Source of the DNA: a virus | Lineage: Duplodnaviria; Caudoviricetes | IMG/VR virus record: IMGVR_UViG_3300046171_000068 | Coordinates: 461 to 64,460 of that record | Length of the DNA: 64,000 nt | Strand: one strand, 5' to 3' | In this document: positions 27,368-35,790 of the stretch, in pieces | How positions within the stretch are numbered: the first letter of the stretch is position 1 | How the letters are laid out: each line of letters begins with the position of its first letter | Notes under the pieces: model-generated | Told to the model about the DNA's origin: nothing | The model's input: the letters and a program-made list of their open reading frames with translations, nothing else | Databases searched by the model: none | Program-made: the position numbers and the translations under genes

Positions 27368-27550
27368 ACGTTCTAATATTATAATATTCTAATATTCCTG
27401 CTCCGCAGTAAACCATCTCGGCCCTGCGGGCCTCGACCCCCCATGACGTGTGTCCGCATATATATATATTCTCTCCACACAGCGGAGGGGAAATATGTTC
27501 TATACTAACACTACTTACTGACACTCATATAGCTAAAAAAAATTTGAAAA

Positions 27551-27597
27551 ACACAACATATAGTTGCAAAAAGAAAAAAAATCACTATACTTAGTGG
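27551..27597. promoter_or_regulatory. Tandem NrdR-like boxes overlapping candidate terL promoter
   Basis: ACACAACATATAGTTG (27551) and TCACTATACTTAGTGG (27582), 31 bp apart; TTGCAA-16-TATACT at 27564-27591. Confidence 0.6.
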
Positions 27598-27606
27598 TGG
27601 ATAACT

Positions 27607-29031
27607 ATGTCTACTGAAACTCAAAGAATAGAAGAGATACTATCCACCCTTAAAAAGCGTCAAGAGACTAATCGTCTTAACTACTATCAGCCCTATAGAT
27701 TTCAGCTTGATTTTCATGAAGCAGGTAAGCAGGCCAATCAAAGATTATTGATGGCGGCCAACAGGGTTGGCAAATCATTTGTAGGCGCTATGGAGATGTC
27801 TATTCATCTCACAGGAGAATATCCTGAATGGTGGAAGGGAAAAAAATTTAAAGAGCCTATTAAGGCTTGGGTTTGTGGTGCGAGTAATGAAACCACAAGA
27901 GACATATGCCAAAAAGAATTGTTCGGGCAACCCGACAACCCAAGAGACAGGGGAAAAGGTTCCATCCCTAAACATCTCATTGGTGAAACTACAAGGAAAC
28001 CTGGAGTACCAAATGCACACTCGTCAGTCCTTGTTAAACATAAAAGCGGTGGGTGGTCGAGAGTTGCCTTTAAGGCCTATGAAATGGGTGCTGAAAAATT
28101 TATGGGGGAGAGTATTGATTTAGTATGGCTAGACGAAGAACCACCACAAGACATATATTCGCAGTGTATTACAAGAACATTAGACAGGCGTGGACAAGTT
28201 TATTTAACATTCACACCCGAATCGGGAATGACAGAAGTCGTACAGAACTTTACAAGCGATTTAAAGCCAGCTCAGGCCCTAATCACTGCAGGCTGGAATG
28301 ATGCAGACCATCTAACAGAAGATATGAAAGAGCAGATATTAAGTGCTCTACCACCTCATGAAAGAGAAATGAGGTCTAAAGGGATACCTATGGTAGGGTC
28401 AGGCTTAGTATTTCCAGTATTAGAAGATAATTTGGCCTGTGAGCCCTTTACCATACCCCCTCATTTTAGTCGTATTGCAGGCCTCGATTTTGGATATGAC
28501 CATCCTACAGCAGTTGTATGGATAGCATGGGATAGAGATGAAGATATTGTGTACGTTTATGATGTCTACAAGATGTCGAAACAAACACCTGACTATCATG
28601 CCAGTCATATCAATGAGCGTGAGGGAAGTCATTACATACCGATTGTATGGCCACATGATGGATACCAGCATGATAAAGGAAGCGGTATAACACTAGCAGA
28701 ACAATACAGAACGGCACATGTCAACATGTTGCCATTTCACTTTGAGAACCCACCTGCATTAGGTGAGAAGAAAGGGGGTAATAGTGTTGAGGCTGGAATC
28801 ATGGACATGCTGACTCGTATGGAATCAGGCAAGTTTAAAGTATTTAATACTTGTACTGAATGGTTTCAAGAATACAGATTGTATCATCGTAAAGATGGCA
28901 AGATAGTAAAGATTAAAGATGACTTGATGTCAGCAACACGTTATGCTGCAATGAGTCTAAGACACAGTACAACAGAGACATCTAAGTGGAATAGTAAAGG
29001 TAGACTAGGCCCAGATGTAGCGATAGTTTAG
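27607..29031 (+). CDS. terL: Terminase large subunit (P22-like)
   Basis: Walker A AANRVGKS, Walker B VWLDEEP, TFTP coupling motif, nuclease GLDFG...DDLMSATRYA. Confidence 0.95.
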   Translation: MSTETQRIEEILSTLKKRQETNRLNYYQPYRFQLDFHEAGKQANQRLLMAANRVGKSFVGAMEMSIHLTGEYPEWWKGKKFKEPIKAWVCGASNETTRDICQKELFGQPDNPRDRGKGSIPKHLIGETTRKPGVPNAHSSVLVKHKSGGWSRVAFKAYEMGAEKFMGESIDLVWLDEEPPQDIYSQCITRTLDRRGQVYLTFTPESGMTEVVQNFTSDLKPAQALITAGWNDADHLTEDMKEQILSALPPHEREMRSKGIPMVGSGLVFPVLEDNLACEPFTIPPHFSRIAGLDFGYDHPTAVVWIAWDRDEDIVYVYDVYKMSKQTPDYHASHINEREGSHYIPIVWPHDGYQHDKGSGITLAEQYRTAHVNMLPFHFENPPALGEKKGGNSVEAGIMDMLTRMESGKFKVFNTCTEWFQEYRLYHRKDGKIVKIKDDLMSATRYAAMSLRHSTTETSKWNSKGRLGPDVAIV

Positions 29032-29040
29032 GAGATAAAA

Positions 29041-29262
29041 ATGCCAGGACCATTACTAGGATTAGCAGCTAGAAAAACATTAAAAAAAGCAGCTAAAGAA
29101 GTAGGAGAAACATTAGGTGGTATAGGATTAGGTACAGCAGGACTTTTTGGGGCTTCAGAGATTATCGGCAGAGATATGGAGAAAAAAGCTCGTAAAAAGC
29201 TAATGAAAGAGGGTGGTTCTGCAGCTAGAAAACTAAAACAAAGGTTTAAAAACGCAAAATAA
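29041..29262 (+). CDS. Small basic Gly-rich protein
   Basis: AGGAG RBS; ORF. Confidence 0.55.
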   Translation: MPGPLLGLAARKTLKKAAKEVGETLGGIGLGTAGLFGASEIIGRDMEKKARKKLMKEGGSAARKLKQRFKNAK

Positions 29263-29429
29263 TGGCTAACTTAATCGCATCACCTACTCAAATGGCTTAC
29301 AAACTACAAGAAGTAGAAAATAAGCTAGAAGAACTTGACTTAAAGATAATGAAACTACAAGCTGTGGCTGAAGCACAACTTGAAACACTAAAGGCAAAGA
29401 ATGGCAAAAAAACCAAGAAAAATGACTAA
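29262..29429 (+). CDS. 55-aa coiled-coil protein (not in ORF track)
   Basis: TAATG coupling; MANLIASPTQMAYKLQEVENKLEEL... Confidence 0.5.
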   Translation: MANLIASPTQMAYKLQEVENKLEELDLKIMKLQAVAEAQLETLKAKNGKKTKKND

Positions 29430-31454
29430 AGACGAATTAGTCGCACAACTTAACTCTGAGATATCAGGAGCTACTGGTTACGCAAATACAGAACTCTCTA
29501 ATCAAAGAGAAGATGCCATGAAATATTATCTTGGTGAACCATTCGGAAATGAGATAGATGGACGTTCAGAAATCGTTACAACCGATGTAAGAGACACAAT
29601 CGAATACATTATGCCATCATTGATGCGTATTTTTACTACACATAACAACACAGCAGAATTCGAGCCACAAGGTCCAGAAGACGTTGAAATGGCACAACAA
29701 GCTACTGACTACTGCAACTATGTATTTAATCGCCAAAATAACGGGTTTAAGGTCCTTTATGATGTATTTAAAGATGCATTGATATCTAAAACAGGCGTAA
29801 TTAAACATTATTGGGAAGAAAGAAAAGAAGTCCTGACAGAGACATACACAAATCTAACTGAAATAGAATATCAATCTATTCTAGCTAATGATGATATGGA
29901 AATCATTGAGCACACAGAATCAATAGTACAAAAAGCAGTTACTGATGATTATGGAACATTAGTCAGCCCTGAAGTTATAGAACATGATGTTAAGGTTAAA
30001 TGTTATAAAGATTACGGACAAGTAAAAGTAGTTGCTGTACCACCTGAAGAATTTTTAGTTTCACGCAGAGCATCATCATTAGAAGATGCAGACTTTGTCT
30101 GTCATAGGGTTAAAAAATCTGTAAGTGATTTAATCGCTGAAGGATATGACCCCGCCATCGTCAATGAGATACCTAGCTATGCTAATTCAGAGGCAGAACT
30201 TAATGAAGAACGATTAGCAAGATTTAGCTATGATGATGACTCAGTACCACCATCTGAGGGTGAAGGACCAAACAAAAAGGTTTGGATTGATGAATGTTAT
30301 ATGCGTATTGATTACGATAACGATGGTATAGCAGAACTCAGAAAGATTACTAAAGGTGGACAATACATCTTAGATAACGAAGAGATTGATATGATTCCTT
30401 TCTCTGCTATCTGTCCATTACCTATTCCACATAAATTCTATGGCATGTCTATTGCCGATACAGTCAAAGATATTCAACTCATTAAGTCAACAATTATGCG
30501 TAACCTGTTAGATAACATGTATCTAACCAATAACGCACGCTATGCTGTTATGGCTGGCCAAGTAGAACTAGATGATTTATTAACATCGAGACCAGGCGGT
30601 ATTGTTAGAATGAGAGCACCAGGTGCTGTTACAGCTTTACCTACACCACAAATCCAACCTTATGCGTTCCAAATGGTTCAATACCTAGATGGAATTAGAG
30701 AAGAAAGAAGTGGTGTATCTAAAATGACACAAGGTCTCAATCCTGATGTATTAACTTCACATGTGACATCAGGTGCAGTTTCAGCAGCAACAGAGTCTGC
30801 AATGCAACGTGTAGAGTTAATAGCTCGTATATTTGCAGAAACAGGTGTTAAAGATTTATTTAGAAACATATACGCACTCGTACAAAGATACGAAGATAGA
30901 AAAAAGTATTCTATCTCAATGGTAAATTTGTACCGATTGATGTATCAAGATGGAAAGATAAACTTAACTGTACTGTCAATGTAGGTATTGGTAGTGGTTC
31001 GCAACAATCTAAAACGCAAACAATGTCTTCTATTATGACTTTACTAGGTACAGTAGTACAACAAGGCGGTATGGGTAGTTTAGTTACACCTAAGAATTTA
31101 TATAATGCTATTAGCGAATTTATTGCACAATCAGGATATAAAAATACAGACCAATTTATATCTAATCCTGAAATGATGCCACCACCTCCTCCTCCTGAGC
31201 CAACTCTAGAAGAAAAGGTTGCAGCACAAAAAGCACAAGTAGAATTACAAAAATTACAATTACAAGCTAAAGAACTAGAGATTGAAACACAACTTAAATC
31301 TCAAGAGTTACAACTTAAACAAGAAGAAGCTGCAATTGATTTAGCTTTAAAACAACAAGATTTAAAAATTAAGAAATCTCAATTAGAACTTAACGAAGCG
31401 GAACTTGCTCTAGAAGCAGTACAAGGAAGACCTGTAGGTATAGGGCCAAGATAA
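29401..31454 (+). CDS. Portal protein (frameshift in A-run ~30900)
   Basis: YYLGEPFGNEIDGRS...DVRDTIEYIMPSLMRIF; continues in other frame into 31023-31454 Gln-rich barrel. Confidence 0.9.
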
Positions 31455-31612
31455 TGGCTTATCCTAAGACTTCAGGTTATGGTAAATTACAAAGGCGTAA
31501 GTTAATTTCTAAAAAGATTAAAGTATTAAAAAAAGAAGGGAAGCCACAGAAACAAGCAGTAGCAACTGCTTTATCTATGTACCCTAAAAAGAAAAGGTTA
31601 CCGCTAGCATGA
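31454..31612 (+). CDS. 52-aa basic protein
   Basis: ...KEGKPQKQAVATALS...; TAATG coupled. Confidence 0.6.
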   Translation: MAYPKTSGYGKLQRRKLISKKIKVLKKEGKPQKQAVATALSMYPKKKRLPLA

Positions 31613-31834
31613 ACGATAAGGATATCAATACAGAATTAGAATTGCTTAAAAAAGATGTGACATCTGATTAAGACAAATCATTTAGCACATATTGCATCAG
31701 ATATAGATGATTTAAAAGACGATATGAAAGATGTTAAAATTGAGGTGTTTAGATTTAAATACGTAGCTTATGGAGCTATTGTTGTTTTTGTCTTAATGAG
31801 TGATAAATTTACAGAGATATTGAGGTTATTATAA
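31609..31834 (+). CDS. Coiled-coil + C-terminal TM protein (XhlA/holin-like; frameshift ~31670)
   Basis: MNDKDINTELELLKKD.../IKTNHLAHI...VAYGAIVVFVLM. Confidence 0.45.
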
Positions 31835-31914
31835 TGCCAAAAGGACCAGGAACATACGGAAAGAAACGTGGTAGACCACCAATGAAAAAAAAGAAGAAGT
31901 GTTATGGCAAGTAA
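31834..31914 (+). CDS. 26-aa basic AT-hook-like peptide
   Basis: MPKGPGTYGKKRGRPPMKKKKKCYGK. Confidence 0.55.
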   Translation: MPKGPGTYGKKRGRPPMKKKKKCYGK

Positions 31915-32056
31915 AGGGCTATATCACAACATAAATAAACGTAAGAAAGCAGGTACTAGTAGACCTAAATCTAAATCTACTATAAGTGCTAAAGCTTATG
32001 CGAATATGAAAGCAGGATTTCCAAAATCAAAAAGCAAAAAAAAGAAGAAGGCATAG
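31904..32056 (+). CDS. 50-aa basic protein
   Basis: MASKGLYHNINKRKKAGTSRPKSKSTISAKAYANMKAGFPK... Confidence 0.6.
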   Translation: MASKGLYHNINKRKKAGTSRPKSKSTISAKAYANMKAGFPKSKSKKKKKA

Positions 32057-32198
32057 AGCGTAGTAAATATTACAGCGATAGATATGACCATTACACATCT
32101 TTAGGACATCCTAATGGTTTATCTGCTAAGTTAGCTCATGTTGATTTAGCAAAAGAATTTAAACAAAAGAATCCAACAATAGACAAACTTAAACAAAT

Positions 32199-32372
32199 AT
32201 GACAAGACAAGAATTAGAAAAATTCATGTTACAAAACCGACTTTCTGTCGAGGAATTTCATCGTAGGATAGGATACAGTCCTGACAATCATACGCAAGTT
32301 TCTCAAAGGCACAAAGAAGATTCCTGACATATGTCACTAGAATCTTTAAACAAAACCATAAAAGGTGAATAA
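32199..32372 (+). CDS. Small XRE/Cro-like HTH protein (frameshifted)
   Basis: MTRQELEKFMLQNRLSVEEFHRRIGYSP / IRKFLKGTKKIP after frame correction. Confidence 0.4.
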
Positions 32373-32443
32373 CTCGCCACTACATAAGTAATCAGACTCG
32401 CATTGGGCGAACAACTGCTCTTATAAATGTAGAAGAGACTCAC
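32365..32443 (+). ncRNA. Long multi-bulged hairpin abutting RBS (candidate cis-regulatory RNA)
   Basis: GTGA/TCAC, CTC/GAG, CTACAT/ATGTAG, AAG/CTT, CAG/CTG, TCGC/GCGA nested stems. Confidence 0.5.
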
Positions 32444-32453
32444 AGGAGAAATA

Positions 32454-32712
32454 ATGGAAGACAAAAAAGAAGCTCAGATTAAAGCTGGGCAAGATGCAAA
32501 GCTAATAGCTTGAGAACCCTCAAATGATAGCAGCATTTAATACTGTACTTAATAACGGATACCAACAATGGATATCTACAGAGATTAAAGATACAGAAGG
32601 TAGAGAGTCCCTTTACCATAAACAAAGAGCCATCCTAGAAGTTAAAAACACTCTAGTACAAACTGTTGAAAACGGACAGATACTAGAAGAAGAACGTAAA
32701 GGAGGCAAATGA
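32454..32712 (+). CDS. Conserved protein upstream of scaffold (1-nt insertion ~32508)
   Basis: AGGAG RBS; MEDKKEAQIKAGQDAKL/LENPQMIAAF...EGRESLY. Confidence 0.65.
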
Positions 32713-33755
32713 TGAGTGAAGATAATAATATACCAACAAAAGAAAGTAATGTTGGAGGGATTCCTATACAGGATGGCACTGTAAGAAGTGCACAAGAACA
32801 GATTCTTCTTAATCAAAGAACTCTTGCAAAAGAACAATCCGAGGTTAATGAAGAGTCAACAGAAACTCAGGAAGATGTTTCTGCACAGGCAATGGAAGAT
32901 GCCGAATCAGTTGAAAACGAAGTAGTAAATTCGGAAGAATTAACTGCAGAGGACTTAGTTGATGATATTCCTGAACAAGGGCAACAAGACACATCGAAAT
33001 ACTCTATTGATTACAATGGAACAAATCTAGAAGTTGACTTGGAAGAATTGAAATCAGGATATATGAAACAGGCTGATTACACTAAAAAAGCTCAAGAAAT
33101 TGCTGAACAACGTCAACAGTTTGAACAAGAACTAGCAGCGACTCAGCAAGAGAGACAGCGATATCTTTCGCAACTTGAACAATTTGATACACAATCTGAT
33201 AAAAAGATTCAGGAGCTCGAGTCTACAGATTGGGCAAAACTCAAGGAAGAAGACCCTATGGAGTGGGCCATGAAAAGGGACCAGCTTAGGGAACTTCAAG
33301 ACAATAAAAGGTTAGTTGCAGAAGAACAAAAAAATCTTCAACAGAAACAACAAACTGAAATGCAACAGAAGTGGAATGAAGAACTTCAAAGACAGCAACA
33401 AATAATGACTCAAAGACTACCTGAGTTTAATGACCCTGAAAAAGGGCCAAAGCTTAAACAAACTATTAAAGCTTACGCTCTTACAAAAGGGTTTACTGAA
33501 CAGGAAGTTGATAGTCTAATTGATGCTAGGTCAGTAGAAGTTTTACATGAAGCTGCTATGTATCGTAATCTCTTAGATGCAAAGATTGCTAATAAGAAAC
33601 AAAAGGTTGTTCCTAAAATGCAAAAACCTGGTACACCAAGTACTAAGTCTGAAGTTAATAGTGAAAAGATAAAGCAAAAACAAAAGAGACTGAAAATGTC
33701 AGGAAAAACCGATGATGCAGCAGCAGTAATCGAATCCTTACTAAAACAGTCTTAA
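32709..33755 (+). CDS. Capsid scaffolding protein
   Basis: Acidic N-term, EVDLEELKSGYMKQADYTKKAQ, directly before capsid. Confidence 0.85.
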   Translation: MMSEDNNIPTKESNVGGIPIQDGTVRSAQEQILLNQRTLAKEQSEVNEESTETQEDVSAQAMEDAESVENEVVNSEELTAEDLVDDIPEQGQQDTSKYSIDYNGTNLEVDLEELKSGYMKQADYTKKAQEIAEQRQQFEQELAATQQERQRYLSQLEQFDTQSDKKIQELESTDWAKLKEEDPMEWAMKRDQLRELQDNKRLVAEEQKNLQQKQQTEMQQKWNEELQRQQQIMTQRLPEFNDPEKGPKLKQTIKAYALTKGFTEQEVDSLIDARSVEVLHEAAMYRNLLDAKIANKKQKVVPKMQKPGTPSTKSEVNSEKIKQKQKRLKMSGKTDDAAAVIESLLKQS

Positions 33756-33783
33756 TTAACTTTAACACAGAGGTGTAATTCAA

Positions 33784-34725
33784 ATGGCACAATTAGGAAA
33801 TACATTTGAAACTTATGATGCTGTGGGTAACAGAGAAGATTTACAGAACGTAATCTATAATATCTCTCCAACAGATACACCATTTATGTCTTCAATCGGT
33901 TCAGGTAATGCTGAATCTACCAAGCATGAATGGCAAACTGACTCACTAGCTTCAGCAGCTTCAAATGCTCAAATAGAAGGAGATGATTCTCCAAGTGCTG
34001 CGTTATCTGCTACTTCTCGTGTTTTCAACTATACACAGATTTCTTACAAACCTGTGATGGTCTCTGGAACACAAGAAGCAGTAAATCACGCAGGTAGAGA
34101 TTCTGAACTAGCTTATCAAATAGCTAAAGCTGGTAAAGAACTCAAAAGAGACATGGAACTTGACCTTACAGGTAAAAACGCAGCTACAGCAGGAAGCGGT
34201 AATGGTGCTACTGCTCGTAAATCTGCAGGTTTCGAGTCTTGGACAACAACAAACAACAGCTATGGTTCAGGTGGTTCTAACTCTAGTGGTACTGTAACAG
34301 ATGGTACACAAAGGGTTCTTACAGAAGCTATCTTAAAAGGTGAGTTAAAATCTTGCTTTGATAATGGTGGCGACCCTGACCTACTATTAGTTGGTTCATT
34401 CAACAAACAAAAGGTATCTGGTTTTACAGGTAACTCAACTCGTATGGACATGGCAGAAGATAGAAGCTTAGTAGCTACTATTGATGTTTATGTTTCTGAC
34501 TTCGGTGAAGTAAGAGTTGTAGCTGACAGATTCCTACGTTCTTCTGGTAGAAGTGCGTTGGTTGTTGATACAGAAATGTTTGCGACTGGTTTCTTGAGAC
34601 CTTTCCAAACACAAGAACTAGCAAAAACTGGTGATGCTGAAAAACGCTTACTACTCGCTGAGTGGACACTCGTTGCTAAAAATGAAGCATCTTCAGCTAC
34701 TATTGCTGACTTGACAACTTCATAA
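33784..34725 (+). CDS. Major capsid protein (DUF5309/SU10-like)
   Basis: GNREDL..IYNISPTDTPF...HEWQTDSL...NYTQI...KELKRDME...SDFG. Confidence 0.9.
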   Translation: MAQLGNTFETYDAVGNREDLQNVIYNISPTDTPFMSSIGSGNAESTKHEWQTDSLASAASNAQIEGDDSPSAALSATSRVFNYTQISYKPVMVSGTQEAVNHAGRDSELAYQIAKAGKELKRDMELDLTGKNAATAGSGNGATARKSAGFESWTTTNNSYGSGGSNSSGTVTDGTQRVLTEAILKGELKSCFDNGGDPDLLLVGSFNKQKVSGFTGNSTRMDMAEDRSLVATIDVYVSDFGEVRVVADRFLRSSGRSALVVDTEMFATGFLRPFQTQELAKTGDAEKRLLLAEWTLVAKNEASSATIADLTTS

Positions 34726-34868
34726 AAAATATTTTTCATGTAACTTTCTCATCATGAAAGGGGGCAGGTTTTCTCATATTGTTTTCCTGCCCCACCCAAG
34801 ATACTGATTAATAATGACCTTGAAGAACGTATCGCTTCGGAACGAGGGTTATTAACTAGGAGACTTTA

Positions 34869-35216
34869 ATGAGAACATTAAATGATTATTTTGTAACAGC
34901 AGAGATAGAAGACGTATCTACTGCATCTAGTACATTCGTTGCTATCCCAGATGGTGGACGAGTAGTTAAAATTATATCTGCACTACAAGGTGCTATTAGT
35001 GGTGGTAATGCTGCAGTTTCTTTTGAAATCGGTGGCACAGCTATTACTAGTGGTGGTATTACAGTTGCTCACTCAGGTTCAGCAGCAGGTGATGTAGATA
35101 CATCAGTTCCTACAGCAGCTAACTCAGTTGAAGAAGACGGAACTATTGAAATGATAACAGATGGTGGTTCTACAGGAACAGCTAAATTATTAGTAACATT
35201 TGTAATTAGGAGATAA
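34869..35216 (+). CDS. Putative head decoration/virion protein
   Basis: Beta-rich, follows capsid, AGGAG RBS. Confidence 0.55.
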   Translation: MRTLNDYFVTAEIEDVSTASSTFVAIPDGGRVVKIISALQGAISGGNAAVSFEIGGTAITSGGITVAHSGSAAGDVDTSVPTAANSVEEDGTIEMITDGGSTGTAKLLVTFVIRR

Positions 35217-35218
35217 GC

Positions 35219-35494
35219 ATGTCAAGAATGAGAGTAACAAATACTATCGTAAGAGGTGTTACTGCTACATCTCAACAGTCTACAGCTACTGATGCAAATA
35301 CTGAGTATGTCAGAATCGTATCTGATACAGATGGAGTTCATATAGCTTTTGGTGCATCACCAACAGCAACAACAAGTACAACAATACTTGGTGCATATGA
35401 CCCTGAAATATTTAAGATTGATGGTGGCATGAAAGTCGCTGCAATACTTGCAAGTGGAACAGGTAATATTTATATAGATGAGTTAAGTGAATGA
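35219..35494 (+). CDS. Putative virion protein
   Basis: Beta-rich small ORF in head cluster. Confidence 0.55.
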   Translation: MSRMRVTNTIVRGVTATSQQSTATDANTEYVRIVSDTDGVHIAFGASPTATTSTTILGAYDPEIFKIDGGMKVAAILASGTGNIYIDELSE

Positions 35495-35790
35495 AACGTA
35501 AGATAGGACAAAATCAGATATTTCATTATCATAATCCTACTGGCGAGTTCGCTATAGAACACATCGAAGATATACAACCCCTTATTGATTCTAATAAAAA
35601 ATTACAGAACGAGGACCATCATAAAGCAGATGAGTTTAGACTCTCTGCTCGTATTCCTTTGACTGTAGTTTATGAATGGAAAAGACTATTTGGGGTTGAT
35701 TTATTTAATAAAGACCACAAAGAAGCAGTAAAAAAACTTATTAACAGTCCTGATTACAGGTATCTAAAGACAACCAATAGGCGAATATAA
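35491..35790 (+). CDS. Conserved phage hypothetical protein
   Basis: ARIPLTVV.EW....G......LINSPDYRYLKT. Confidence 0.6.
   Translation: MKRKIGQNQIFHYHNPTGEFAIEHIEDIQPLIDSNKKLQNEDHHKADEFRLSARIPLTVVYEWKRLFGVDLFNKDHKEAVKKLINSPDYRYLKTTNRRI

Larger units (their letters stand above)
23973..27394. repeat. Dispersed 18-bp palindrome TATTAG-N6-CTAATA (10 exact or near copies)
   Basis: Starts at 23973, 24006, 25612, 25823, 25923, 25947, 26042, 26066, 26820, 27377. Confidence 0.85.
1..27458. mobile_element. Podovirus genome, variant A (partial; tail fibre to end of early region)
   Basis: Colinear with 36800-64000; contains tail, ejection, terS, recombination and early genes. Confidence 0.9.

Noticed and set aside
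23973-27394. Repeats as a CRISPR array or integron attC array
   Set aside because: Irregular spacing, 18-bp degenerate palindromes, no cas genes or integrase.
30895-31023. Split portal as programmed frameshift
   Set aside because: One missing A in a homopolymer restores a continuous portal; typical long-read error.
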